A stretch of 64,000 nt of DNA from Octopus vulgaris (taxonomy: Eukaryota): NCBI GenBank assembly GCA_951406725.2, contig OX597816.1:25730001-25794000 (forward strand). Direction: 5' to 3'. Of this stretch, positions 25,101 through 39,343 are shown piece after piece (position 1 is the first letter of the stretch; each line of letters starts with the position of its first letter). A program made the translations under genes and the position numbers. The notes beneath the pieces were generated by a model. It saw nothing but the letters and a program-made list of their open reading frames with translations. It was not told the origin of the DNA and searched no databases.

Positions 25101-25615
25101 GCCTTTGCACAGTTTCTAATGCTGGAGATGTATTACAGTGTCAGCTGTTCACTACCAGTGACCTAAGGTAACACCTCTTATTTTTCGAGCACCTTCCGGA
25201 GTATTCAAGCAGTTCCAAGCAGTGCTGCTTTCTGCAAGTGCTCCACCCTTATTGCAACCCCTATTTGTTCCACATACTTCTCGAGATTTTTGCTCGCTGT
25301 TCCCAGGGCTCCGATAGTTATTGGTACTACTGCTACCTTTTCATCGACCACAACTGCTTAACTTCCCAAGCTAACCTGTCATATCTCTCGACTTTTCCTT
25401 CTTCCTTATCGCATACCTTGTCGTCAGCTGGGCATACTATATCTATGATCCAGCATAGTTTGTTTTCTTTCTCAATTAAAACTATGTCTGGCTTCCTATT
25501 CTCAATGTCATGGTCGCACTGAATCATAAAATCTCATAGGATCTTTACATTTCTATTTTCGACGATGCCTTCAGGTTTGTGGTCGTACCAAATTTTTGCT
25601 CTGTCAAGTCCATAT
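25101..25615 (-). mobile_element. 3' remnant of an R4/Dong-like RLE LINE ending in (AAT)n
   Basis: IQCDHDIENRKPDIVLIEKENKLCWIIDIVCPAD..KVERYDRLAWEVKQLW matches the RLE PD..D motif; 3' UTR is followed by (AAT)n. Confidence 0.85.
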
Positions 25616-25625
25616 AATTATTACT

Positions 25626-25838
25626 AAGGTGACAATCTGGCAGGATCGCTAGTGCACTGGATGAAATGCTTAGCAGTATTTCACCCGTCGCTACGTTTCG
25701 AGTTTAAATTCTGCCGAGGTCGACTCTGCCTTTTATCCTTTCGGGGTCGATAAGTTAAGTACAAATGAAACACTGGGGTCGATGTAATCGGCTATCGCCT
25801 TACCCCAAATTTCAGGGTTTCTCCCTATAGTAGAAAGG

Positions 25839-25888
<50 letters not shown>

Positions 25889-26100
25889 GATAGCGAGCTG
25901 GCCGAATCCTTAACACGCCGAGAAAAATGCTTAGCGGCATTTCGCCAGTCTTTACGTTCTGAGTTCAAATTTCGCCGAGGTCGATTTTGCTTTTCATTTT
26001 TTCGAGATCGATAAATTAAGTACAAGTTACGCACTGGAGTCGACGTAATCGACTGAATCCCTTCCCTCAATTTTGAGCCCTTGTGCTTCCGTCAGAAAGA
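25626..26100 (+). mobile_element. Two adjacent family A SINEs (~25626-25838, ~25886-26100) separated by (ATT)n
   Basis: Head and core match in both. Confidence 0.8.
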
Positions 26101-26379
26101 ATTGGTATTGTTGTTGTTGTTGCTTTTTTTGTTGTTGTTGCTGTTGTATTTTTGCGTACCTATTTAATATAATTACATTTCTTACTTCCGCTTTAGCGAA
26201 GGCGGAGGTATTGTTTTCAGTCATGTTTGTTTTTTTGCTTGTTTGTCCGTGGACAAGATATCTCAAGAACCGCTGGATGGATTCAGATGAAACTTTCAGT
26301 GATGTTTGACCTCGTAGTTGGCACGAACGGATTAGATTTTGGGATAGATACGGTACCGGGCTATCTGGTTTATTATACT

Positions 26380-27150
26380 ATTTACTCTCTTTTACTCTTT
26401 TACTTGTTTCAGTCATTTGACTGTGGCCATGCTGGAGCACCGCCTTTAATCGAGCAACTCGACCCTGGGACTTATTCTTTTGTAAGCCCAGTACTTATTC
26501 TATCGGTCTCTTTTGCCGAACAGCTAAGGAACGGGGACATAAACACACCAGTATCGGTTGTCAAGCAACGCTAGGGGTACAAACACAGACACACACAAAC
26601 ACACACACACACAGACACACACACATATATATATATATATATAAATATTAGAAGAAATGAGGTAATCAGAAGATCGGATGGTTTATATTTACAGATATTT
26701 ATTTATATATTACATTTTTACATATATATCATATCACTTAGATCATTAGCACTTTCTCCCACTCTAGTGGGGTTTTCAAGTCAAATTCTTTTTGATTTGA
26801 AAACCCTAGAATGGGAGAAAGCGCTAATGATCTAAGTGAGATGATATATATGTAAAAAATGTAATATATAAATAAATATCTGTAAATATAAACCATCCGA
26901 TCTTCTGATTACCTCATTTCTTCTAATATATAATACCTGTACATCATCTCCAAACCTTTAATATATATATATATATATACATATATTCGACGGGCTTCTT
27001 TCAGTTTCCGTCAACCAATTCCACTCACAAGGCTTTGGTCAGCCCAAAGCAATAGGAGAAGACACTTGCCCAAGGTGCCACGCAGTGGGACTGAAGCCGG
27101 AACCATGTGGTTTGTAAGCAAGCTACTTACCACACAGCCACTCCTACGCT
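26380..27150 (-). mobile_element. SINE family B with a palindromic insert in its microsatellite
   Basis: Both halves match consensus. Confidence 0.85.
26645..26929. repeat. Long inverted repeat, ~140-bp arms, 5-nt loop
   Basis: ATATTAGAAGAAATGAGGTAATCAG... pairs with ...CTGATTACCTCATTTCTTCTAATAT; centre TCAAA-TTCTT-TTTGA. Confidence 0.95.
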
Positions 27151-27358
27151 TATACATATACTCCTGCGCCTATTATACCTTTTTTTTTTTTTTACTTAAT
27201 TTTTGAAAGAGGTCGTGTTCATTTTCAGTAATCTTGTTTGTGAAAGCAGTCAAGTTGATTTCAGATAGTCTCATTTAAAAATTTATTCCTGGCTAATGGT
27301 TGGGAGGAGTTGGTGTTGCCTTGGCAGAGGTTTACGTATTCTTGTTATAATTATTACT

Positions 27359-27650
27359 AAGGCGGCGAGCTGATGAATTAAGTACCAGTGAAACACTGGG
27401 GTCGACATATTCGACTTGCCCCCTCCCCTAAAATTTCAGGCCTTGTACCTTAAGTAGAAAAAATTATTATTGTTATTGAGGCGGATAGTTGGCAGAATCG
27501 TAAGCACGCCGCAGGAAGCACTTAGCATTTCGTTCATCTTTAAGTTCTGAGTTCAAATTCCACCGAGGTCGACTTTGCCTTTTATCCTTTCAGGGTCGAT
27601 GAAATAAGTACTAGTTAGGTACTGGGAGTCAATGTAATCGACTAGACCCC
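27359..27650 (+). mobile_element. Two family A SINE fragments
   Basis: Heads at ~27360 and ~27478; core in the second. Confidence 0.7.
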
Positions 27651-27693
27651 CGACCATCGTATGGTAGGAATTATTATAATTATTATTATTATT

Positions 27694-28247
27694 GAGTGAG
27701 AGAGCAGTGCATGCCATCAAAGTGACACTGGGGTAAAATATAAGAAGCCCAGTATACCCATCATGACTACCCGTCTGATAAGGGTACACTAGGCACATGC
27801 ATCACAACCATATGTTCGCGACATGGTGATCTCATATCAAGATAAACAGCACATGACCTTGCAGATGGGGCCCAGTTAGAATTTTCTTCATGTCGAGTAA
27901 CCCATCCTGCTCAAAAGGTCCCTGAATAAGGGTTGTTTAAGGATGTTGAATGAAACACCCATGTTTCCAGAGGTGAATTATTAAAACCCCAAAGAATCCC
28001 TCTCAACACATGGCTATGATGCTCCCCAACTACTTCTGCTTGTCATCAGAGATGCACATATCGTCAGCCACTAAGGGACATGGTCAACTGGTTAAGGTCA
28101 GACAACTGACAAGCAAATCTGTGGTATTGAGCAGAATATTTGCTATAGTCCATCTTTTATACCAAGACAAAACAATGTACATGATAACACTTCTAATCAG
28201 TTAAGATCAGAAGCCATGAGAGCCACTGTCTGGTACTGCATCAGGGC

Positions 28248-28251
<4 letters not shown>
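27694..28251 (-). mobile_element. ~558-bp non-autonomous element in (TAA)n (family D), copy 1
   Basis: Full-length reverse-complement homologue of 32393-32950 with the same termini; (ATT)n on both sides. Confidence 0.8.
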
Positions 28252-28291
<40 letters not shown>

Positions 28292-28787
28292 TTAGACATG
28301 TGAAAATATGTCACAAATATCTGAGTGTCTGCGCTTCTGTTTCTGACTGTCTTATCTCCAAAAATGTGATGCTCTTGCTACGCATTGGTGATAATGCAAG
28401 AGAGAGAGAGATGGGTATTTCGAGCAACAGTATGCGCAAGTGTGTTTGTGTGAGTATGAGGAATAGGATGAGGAGGAAGAGGAGGAGGTTGTTCTCTAAA
28501 TTTGACCAAGCTTCTTCGTTCGTCGGTAGACGTGAACATAATACACAGACACAAACGCATGCTCACGCGCGCGCACAAGCTCTCACCCACACACGCGTGG
28601 AGGGTCAGGAACAGAGGTGTAGTCAATTCTTGTGACCATGTCACCTCGTTTAACGAGTACGTTAGGCGGGCCGGAAGGAAGCTTGCATTCGTTTGCACCC
28701 GAGGGTGATTTCCTTTTCTCTTTGCTGCGCCATCCCTTGCTACGCATCTAGTTAAAATCTCGCTTCAGTGGAATACTCATTAACAAG

Positions 28788-28789
<2 letters not shown>

Positions 28790-28860
<71 letters not shown>

Positions 28861-29110
28861 CAGACAGACAGACAGACAGAGAGAGGGAGAGAGAGAGACA
28901 GACAGACAGAGAGACAAAGAGAGAGAGACAGACAGACAGAGAGACAGAGACACAGAGAGAGAGAGAGAGAGATAGACAGACAGAGAGAGGGAGAGAGAGA
29001 CAGACAGACAGAGACAGAGACAGAGAGAGAGACAGAGACAGAGAGAGAGACAGACAGACAGACAGAGAGACAAGCAGAGAGAATGAGAGAAACAGACAGA
29101 CAGACAGACA
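28790..29110. repeat. (GA)n/(GACA)n compound microsatellite
   Basis: Read directly. Confidence 0.95.
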
Positions 29111-29148
29111 GGGAAACTCATGTTATTGCATGACCTAATAAATACAGT

Positions 29149-29465
29149 GTGGAGGCGCAATGGCCCAGTGGTTGGGGCAGCGGATTTGCGGTCGGAGGAT
29201 CGAGGTTTCGATTCCCAGACCGGGCGTTTTGTGTGTTTATTGAGCGAAAACACCTAAAGATTCACGAGGCTCCGGCAGGGGGTGGTTGCGACCCCTGTTG
29301 TATTCTTTCGCCCCAACTTTCTCTCACTCTTTCTTCCTGTTTCTTGAGTAACGCTGCGATGGAATGGCGTCCCGTCCAGCTGGGGTGAACACTTACGCCA
29401 CAGAAACCGGGAAACCGGGTCCATGAGCCTGACTAGGCTTGAAAAGGGCGCATAATAAAAAATAA
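29149..29465 (+). mobile_element. SINE family C, full length, with 13-bp TSD
   Basis: A-box TGGCCCAGTGG, B-box-like GTTTCGATTCC; TSD TAATAAATACAGT at 29136-29148 and 29466-29478. Confidence 0.9.
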
Positions 29466-30063
29466 TAATAAATACAGTAACCAAACAAAACTGTTTCAAA
29501 TCGTTCATTACCGTCTTACAAAATAAAGGAGGAAGAAGCTGGATAATTTTTCCATCTTTCTTTAAATACTCTCTCTTATGGTCCAATCCATATTGTTTTA
29601 ATTAAATTGAATAAACTGTAAAATACCACCTTCGAACAGTAACGAAGTAGATTTATGCTAAACTTCAGCACTGCACTGGCAGCTACATTTGTAGCCAACT
29701 CCATGAAAAATAACGCCTTTTGAAATCAAATCGGATAGCAATGAAAGGCTAATCTATACATACGTAACATTTATATTGCCTGTTTACATACGTATATATT
29801 AAATTGTGTCACCTTGTCTGAAAAAAAAAAATGTTGTTTTAAAACCAGGTCATGAGATATTTTCTGGTAAATACCTATCTTTTATCTTGAATAATTTGTT
29901 GGTTATGTGAATCAACCCCGGTACTTATTTTGTTTCTAAGCCTGCGACTTATTCTATCGGTGCCTTTTGCCGAAACGCTAGGTTATGGGGATGTGAACAC
30001 ACCAACTCAGGGTTTCAAGCGGTGGTCGGGGGCAAACACAAAGGCAGACATATGTGCGCGTGC

Positions 30064-30109
<46 letters not shown>

Positions 30110-30119
<10 letters not shown>

Positions 30120-30989
30120 TGGACATGAGCGATCGTTGTATTCTTTCTTGTCTTGAGGTTCACAGCCAAACAGCTGGGTGGATTCACGTGAAAAATCTCA
30201 CACATGTGGATATGGATGCATAGATTGGAATGCAGTTTGTAATTTTCCCCCATCCCACATAGTTACCGAGAAAATGGATTAAATTTTTGTTCTAATGGAA
30301 TTCCCCTGTTTTTTTCCGCCATTAAAACAACCAGTTGCTCACAAAGCCGGCATATACCATTTCGCTAGCAACAAGGGGAGTATAGGATGACAGTCAACCA
30401 AAACTTCCGCTATGCTGTCTTTCTTCTTTCACCTCTGTGGGGTTAATAATCTTAATCTTTAGTTACAGTTTCTCATTCAAACTACATAATAGGTAGAATT
30501 GTCGGTTAGATATTTTGAGGACTTTCTCTCTCTCACACACACACGCAAGCACGCACGCATGCACACACACACACACACATACACACACACACGCATACAC
30601 ACACACACGTCCATTTCATATATTTTCTTTCAATTTCTACTCTCTGCAAATAAAACTTTTACGGATATAACTGCTTACAAAAATAGGGATTAATGTATAA
30701 CTTCTTTCTATATTTATAATTAAATCAATGTTTTAATGATTAGACAGAGGTCCAGTAGAATAGCTCTCAGAAACAGACTATGTACAAATTCGTTTTTCAC
30801 AACTCCTCAAGCTGTTTTCTGACAAAGGGGTGGGGGGGTCAGGAAATTTTCATACAGCTAGAGGGTCCAATGGAAACAGGGGACCCGAAATCATAAGGTT
30901 GAGAAATGGTGTAATAGATTATGCCTAACCGAAAACGATCACAGCCACATTATCTAAACAGACCGGATGAAACCGGTCTTATCTGCTAA
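30110..30989 (+). mobile_element. Non-autonomous Helitron, long form of the 21620 family
   Basis: Shares 5' AAATTGGACAT..GAGGTTCACAGCCAAAC and 3' GGGGACCCGAAAT..GACCGGATGAAACCGGTC..CTAA. Confidence 0.7.
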
Positions 30990-31104
30990 TGTAACTGTGT
31001 GTGTATATATATTATATATTATATATTATATATTATATTATATTATATTATATTATATTATATTATATTATATTATATTATATTATATATACATACATAT
31101 ATAT

Positions 31105-31153
<49 letters not shown>

Positions 31154-31197
31154 TAGATAAACTTAGATATGTTTCGACCAAAGATTGGTCCAGGCCA

Positions 31198-31243
<46 letters not shown>

Positions 31244-31266
31244 TATACGTACATACATGCATATAC

Positions 31267-31319
<53 letters not shown>

Positions 31320-31504
31320 ATATATATAAGCATATATATGCAGAGTGAGACAGACAGACAGAGAAAGGGAGAGAGAGAGAGATTCACACTCAAATATAAA
31401 TTCATATCCACCATACTTGACCTTCAAAAAATAAGAACCTAATATCCGTTTCCCTCAGATCATACCCAGGGCAAATTTAAATATAAATAAACAAATAAAT
31501 AAGC

Positions 31505-31535
<31 letters not shown>

Positions 31536-31814
31536 GGGGCGGGAAAGAAAAAAATATATACATCAGTTACGACTCCCTCGAGAGACAGGAGGTTTACAGC
31601 TGCAAGCCTTTAAATATACTTACCATGCAGCAGCAGCAGCAGCAGCAACAACAACAACAACAAGGGTATCAAATATAGAAGAAGGAGGCGGCGGGAGACC
31701 TGTATGAGTGGGGGGAGATATTACAAGATATCAGTTTCTTTGATTTTTACGTTTAACTGTTATATTAGTTTTTTAGATATGATTCGTCCTTACAAGGGAT
31801 TAGACAAACAATAA

Positions 31815-32213
31815 TCTTTTCTACTGTAGGCACAAGGCCTGGAATTTGTGGGGAGGGGAATAGTCGATTACATTGACCCCAGTGTTTCACTGTTACTGAA
31901 TTTATCGACCTTGAAAGGATGAAAGGCAAAGTCGACTTCGGCGGAATTTGAACTTAGAACGTAACGACGGGCGAAATACCTATTTCTTTATTGCCTACAA
32001 GGAGTTAAACATAAAGGCGACAAACAAGGACAGGCAAACGGATTAAGTCGATCATATCGACCCCACTGCGTAACTGGCACTTATGTAATCGACCCCGAAA
32101 GGATGAAAGGCAAAGTCGACCTCGGCAGAATTTGAACTCAGAACGTAACGGCAGGCAAAATACCGCAAAGCATTTTGTCCAACGTGCTAAAGATTCTACC
32201 AGCTCGCTGCCTT
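31815..32213 (-). mobile_element. SINE family A dimer
   Basis: Two cores; junction GAAATAG|GTATTTCG at ~31980; the two units carry different tail types. Confidence 0.85.
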
Positions 32214-32221
32214 TTAAAACA

Positions 32222-32279
<58 letters not shown>

Positions 32280-32300
32280 GTAGTAGTAGTAGTAGTAGTT

Positions 32301-32392
<92 letters not shown>

Positions 32393-32396
<4 letters not shown>

Positions 32397-32950
32397 GCCC
32401 TGATGCAGTACCAGACAGTGGCTCTCATGGCTTTTGATCTTAACTGATTGGAAGTGTTATCATGTACATTGTTTTGTCTTCGGATAAAAGATGGGCTACA
32501 GCAAATATTCTGCTCAATACCACAGATTTGCTTGTCAGTTGTTTGACCTTAATCAGTTGAGTATGTCCCTTAGTGGCTGACGATATGTGCGTCTCTAATC
32601 ACAAGCAGAAGTAGTTGGGGAGCATCATAGCCGTGTGTTGAAAGGAATTCTTAGAGGTTTGGATAATTCACCTTTGGAAACATGGGTGTTTCGTTCAACA
32701 TCCTTAAACGATCCTTATTCTGGGACCGTTCGAGCGGGATGGGATACTCGACTAGAAGAAACTTCTAACTGGGCTCCACCTGCAAGGTCATGTGCTGTTT
32801 ATCTTGATATCAGATCACTATGTCGCGCACATATGATTGTGATGCATGTGCCTGGTGTACCCTTATCAGACGGGCAGTCATGATGGGTTTACTAGGCTTC
32901 GTATATTTTACCTCAGTGTCACTTTGATGGCATGCACTGCTCTCTCACCC
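32393..32950 (+). mobile_element. Family D element, copy 2
   Basis: (AAT)n-AAATGCCCTGATGCAG...TGCTCTCTCACCC-(AAT)n. Confidence 0.8.
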
Positions 32951-33076
32951 AATAATAATAATAATAATAATAATAATAGTAATAATAATAATAATAATAA
33001 CAACAACAACAACAACAATAATAATAATAATAATAACAACAACAACAAAAATAATAATAATAATAATAATAATAAC

Positions 33077-33109
<33 letters not shown>

Positions 33110-33159
33110 AAGGGAAAGCAGTAGACACAGAAAAGTTCCTGTTAATATAGTTTTATCTT

Positions 33160-34770
<1,611 letters not shown>

Positions 34771-35047
34771 ATTAAAACAAAAACAAAAGAAGAAGGAAAT
34801 TATTTACAGGAATAACTCATGAGAATAAAGAGATATTGTGAAATTTATCACCCACGTATCCTGATTTGCTGGCGGGTATACATAAGGATAAGTGAATGTA
34901 TACACAAATATACGCGTGTATGTATGTATGTATGTATGTATGTAAGAATGTATGTAAGTATGTATGTATGTAAGTATGTATGTATGTGTGTGTGTATGTA
35001 TGTATGTATGTATGTATGTATGAACACACACATTTATATTATAGACA

Positions 35048-35110
<63 letters not shown>

Positions 35111-35135
35111 ATATATATATATATATGTATGTATA

Positions 35136-35186
<51 letters not shown>

Positions 35187-35317
35187 ATACATACATGCAT
35201 ATACATACACAATCTCAGACATCAATTATAAATGTGTGTGTATATGTATGTATATAGGTATGTATGTATGTGTATATGTATGTATGTATGTATGAACACA
35301 CATTTATATTATAGACA

Positions 35318-35369
<52 letters not shown>

Positions 35370-35777
35370 CATATATATATATATACACACACACATCTAT
35401 ATATATATGTATTATAAATGTGTGTATATGTATGAATATAAGTATGTATATATGTGTGTATGTATGTATGTATGTATGTATCTATATCTATATCTATCTA
35501 TCTATATATATATGTGTGTATATATATATGTAGTATATGTATATATACATATATTTTTATACATATACGTTACGTACGGGACATGCATATGCAATAAGAC
35601 CAATGGGACCATTATAAATAGTCTTAAATTAGTATAGAAGCCCTCATTATCATGTAATTTATATATCATATATTATTTGTATAGTTGTATATTATTTTGA
35701 ACGTGTCCTCGTGGGTAAGTCAGTGAGAGTGTCAATGGGTATATATGTGCTTGTATATGTGTGTGTGTTTGTGTGTA

Positions 35778-35821
<44 letters not shown>

Positions 35822-36176
35822 GGGTGTGTGCGCGCGCGGGGCGGGGCTTCGTGTTTGTATGTCTCTATATATATTTATTGTAATGTAAATAAATTACAAA
35901 TTATAAAGTGGAAAATTAAGACTCTAAGCAGCCTCTCGTGTATCCACAGCAATCCACAGGATGCGCATATGCATACATACATACATACACATGCATACGA
36001 TACGCGTCCATATACACAGGTAGAGGCATACGCACATATAATGTGTGTATATTCATGCGCATGCGTGCGAATGCTCGATAGACAAGGTGTGTATGTGTAT
36101 CTATAGATCGACGCATACACACACACTGGTTATACATAAACGTGTGAGCGTGTATACATACATATATTCATATGTT

Positions 36177-36213
<37 letters not shown>

Positions 36214-36214
36214 G

Positions 36215-36284
<70 letters not shown>

Positions 36285-36296
36285 TATACATATGCT

Positions 36297-36355
<59 letters not shown>

Positions 36356-36570
36356 ATAAACATATAACTACATTTCGTTAATTTACATTAAGCTCTAATT
36401 TTGTATTTCACTTTTGCTGTGTTTATACAATAGAGTGTAATGAAAAATATATCGTATATACATACATATACATACATATATATATAATATATATATATAT
36501 ATACGCATGCATATATATGATGCATATATGCATATACACATACATATGCATATACATACGTATATATGTG

Positions 36571-36610
<40 letters not shown>

Positions 36611-36625
36611 TACATACATATACAT

Positions 36626-36717
<92 letters not shown>

Positions 36718-36880
36718 GTTAAACACAGAACAAGCTGACGCACAAACACAAATATAGATGCACATACAAAACATTAAATATGACCGACTTTTTTCTCTCT
36801 TTTTTTTTATATAGTTTTTAGTGCTGTTTACTTTATTTTATTGTTTTTTGTTCCTTTTTCCCTTTCACATGAACGGGTGT

Positions 36881-36930
<50 letters not shown>

Positions 36931-37630
36931 GTGTGTTTGTGTCTCCTTATGTGAGTGAGTGCATCTGTGTGTGTATTTGTGTGTATGTATGTATGTATTT
37001 GTGTATGTGTTTGTGTGTGTTGTTGAGTGTGTACGTGTATCAGTGTTTATGATACATCAATGATATTTCGGGGAAAATGTTAGGAAATGGTACGAGAAGC
37101 AGCACAGGAAATGAGATGAGGAATAATTGGTAGCCAACACACACACACATACACACACCCTTCAATACACCTACACACACCGACACCGAAACACACACGC
37201 GCGCGCACACACACACACACTCACACTCGTACACACACACATGCATGAACAAGGCATGTAACTGCACACAGGCACACTTACCATTAAGCACACAATCACG
37301 CACCTGGTCGCAATTAATCATAAATATTGACACACTCGAACAGAAAATTACACACGTTTTCGCATTCGTATCCAAATAGACAAACATACGCCTCGTCAAA
37401 AACACACATACACTCAAAGACGAACTTGCACATGCATACATATACACATACACATACACATCAATTTGCGTTGAATATTTGTTGAATGTTTTCATTGATC
37501 ATGTCAAAGCATTCAACATAAGCTCCTGGTGAGCCAAATCAGTGAAGCGGTTTCGATTTCCGCATCGTGTTCTTTTCACAAGTCATTTATCTCCGGCCTG
37601 TAATATGCTCTAAGACATCTTATATGCATA

Positions 37631-37713
<83 letters not shown>

Positions 37714-37786
37714 CCTGTGTGTGCGTGCGTGTGTGTGTGTGCCTGTGTGTATGTGCATATGTGTGTGTATATATATATATATATAT

Positions 37787-38193
37787 AAAATAAATATAAG
37801 AGAGTGGTCACTATATGGCTCACTCTAGCACCAGTTAATCCAAAAGGTTTCAACCACAAAAATACATGTTTCCCATGAAAGTCAGTACGATTGTTAGCTC
37901 ACACGGACAGGGCAAATAAAAAATAACAAAAATACAGATTATTTTGGGACAATTGTTTCGCTATTAATGAATTACATTTAATACATTTAATACATTTAAT
38001 ACATTTAATTCATTAATAGCGAAACAATTGTCCCAAAATAATCTGTATTTTTGTTATTTTTTATTTGCCCTGTCCGTGTGAGCTAACAATCGTACTGACT
38101 TTCATGGGAAACATGTATTTTTGTGGTTGAAACCTTTTGGATTAACTGGTGCTAGAGTGAGCCATATAGTGACCACTCTCTTATATTTATTTT
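37787..38193. repeat. Apparently perfect inverted repeat, 188-bp arms, 31-bp spacer of TACATTTAA repeats
   Basis: 37787-37974 is the reverse complement of 38006-38193; no mismatch seen by eye. Confidence 0.95.
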
Positions 38194-38340
38194 GTAAAAA
38201 TATTATAATATATTATAAAATATTATAATAATCCAGGTTTCTCGGAGCACTAGGCCACTTGGTGTTGAATAGATATACTATTAAATTAGTATCTAATTCT
38301 GTCACCCTTATTAATTAATTATATATATATATATATATTT

Positions 38341-38845
38341 AGGCGTGGGTGAGTGGTAAGAAGCTTGCTTCCCAGCCACATTTTTCCGGGTTCAGTCCCA
38401 CTGCTTGACACCTTGCGGAAGTGTCTTCTACTGTAGCCACGGGCCGACCAAAACCTCATGAGTGGATTTGGTAGACAGAAACTGAAAGAAGCCCGTCGTA
38501 TATATATTTATATATATGTATATGTATGTATACATTTATATATATGTTTATTGTTTGTATATATATATATATATAAATATATATATATGTATGTATGTAT
38601 GTATATGTTTATGTGTGTGCTTGTCTGTGCTTGTCCCCTCCCCTCAACCCGCCATAGCGTCATTGCTTGACAACCGATGTTGGTGTTTGCGTGCCCGAAA
38701 CTTGGTGGTTCAGCAAAGACACCGATAGAATATGTATTTAGGCTTACAAAGAAGTAGTAAGTCCTGAGGTCTATTTCTTCGAGTAAAGGCAGTGCTCCAG
38801 CCTGGCCACAAGCAAATGACTGGAACAAGCAAAAGAATGAAAGAA
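38341..38845 (+). mobile_element. SINE family B
   Basis: Diverged consensus match. Confidence 0.8.
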
Positions 38846-39306
38846 TATAAGCAATTATGTAGATAAACAAATTATACCAGTTATATTAAAAATAAATATT
38901 GGGGTATGAAATATATGTATATATGTAAATATGTAAATATACAAGACGAGAGAAAGCAAAAGATGGAGACTTTACGACTCTACTTTGATAGGTTTCGACC
39001 AATAACGGACCTGGCCATGTATAACTTAATAGTACAATCTGGCATGAATATGTAAGTATAAATATATAAATATTTATGACAGAGGAGCCTTGATTGCTTC
39101 TATTATCGTTGCATAATGTGGTGCACTACAATTAGCAACATTACGGTGGATGTCCGAACAACCAGAAACAGCTGTTGGACTTATAACACCTTTCGTCCTC
39201 TGTCATTTGTGCTCTTTTTATTATTTCCTTTCTAGGCACAAGGCCCTGAAAAACACCGGGTGAAACCTAGCTTAGCTGCTAGTATATATACATATATATA
39301 TATAAA

Positions 39307-39343
<37 letters not shown>

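Larger units (their letters stand above)
26183..27342 (+). mobile_element. Helentron/DINE-1-like non-autonomous element hosting nested insertions
   Basis: 5' hairpin TACTTCCGCT..AGGCGGAGGTA, GTTT repeats, AAGATATCTCAAGAACCGCTGGATGGATT core, 3' CCTTGGCAGAGGT; interrupted by a SINE. Confidence 0.6.

Noticed and set aside
29149-29225. Functional tRNA genes at SINE heads (also 8260-8328, 43605-43678)
   Set aside because: Run directly into SINE bodies and have degenerate stems.
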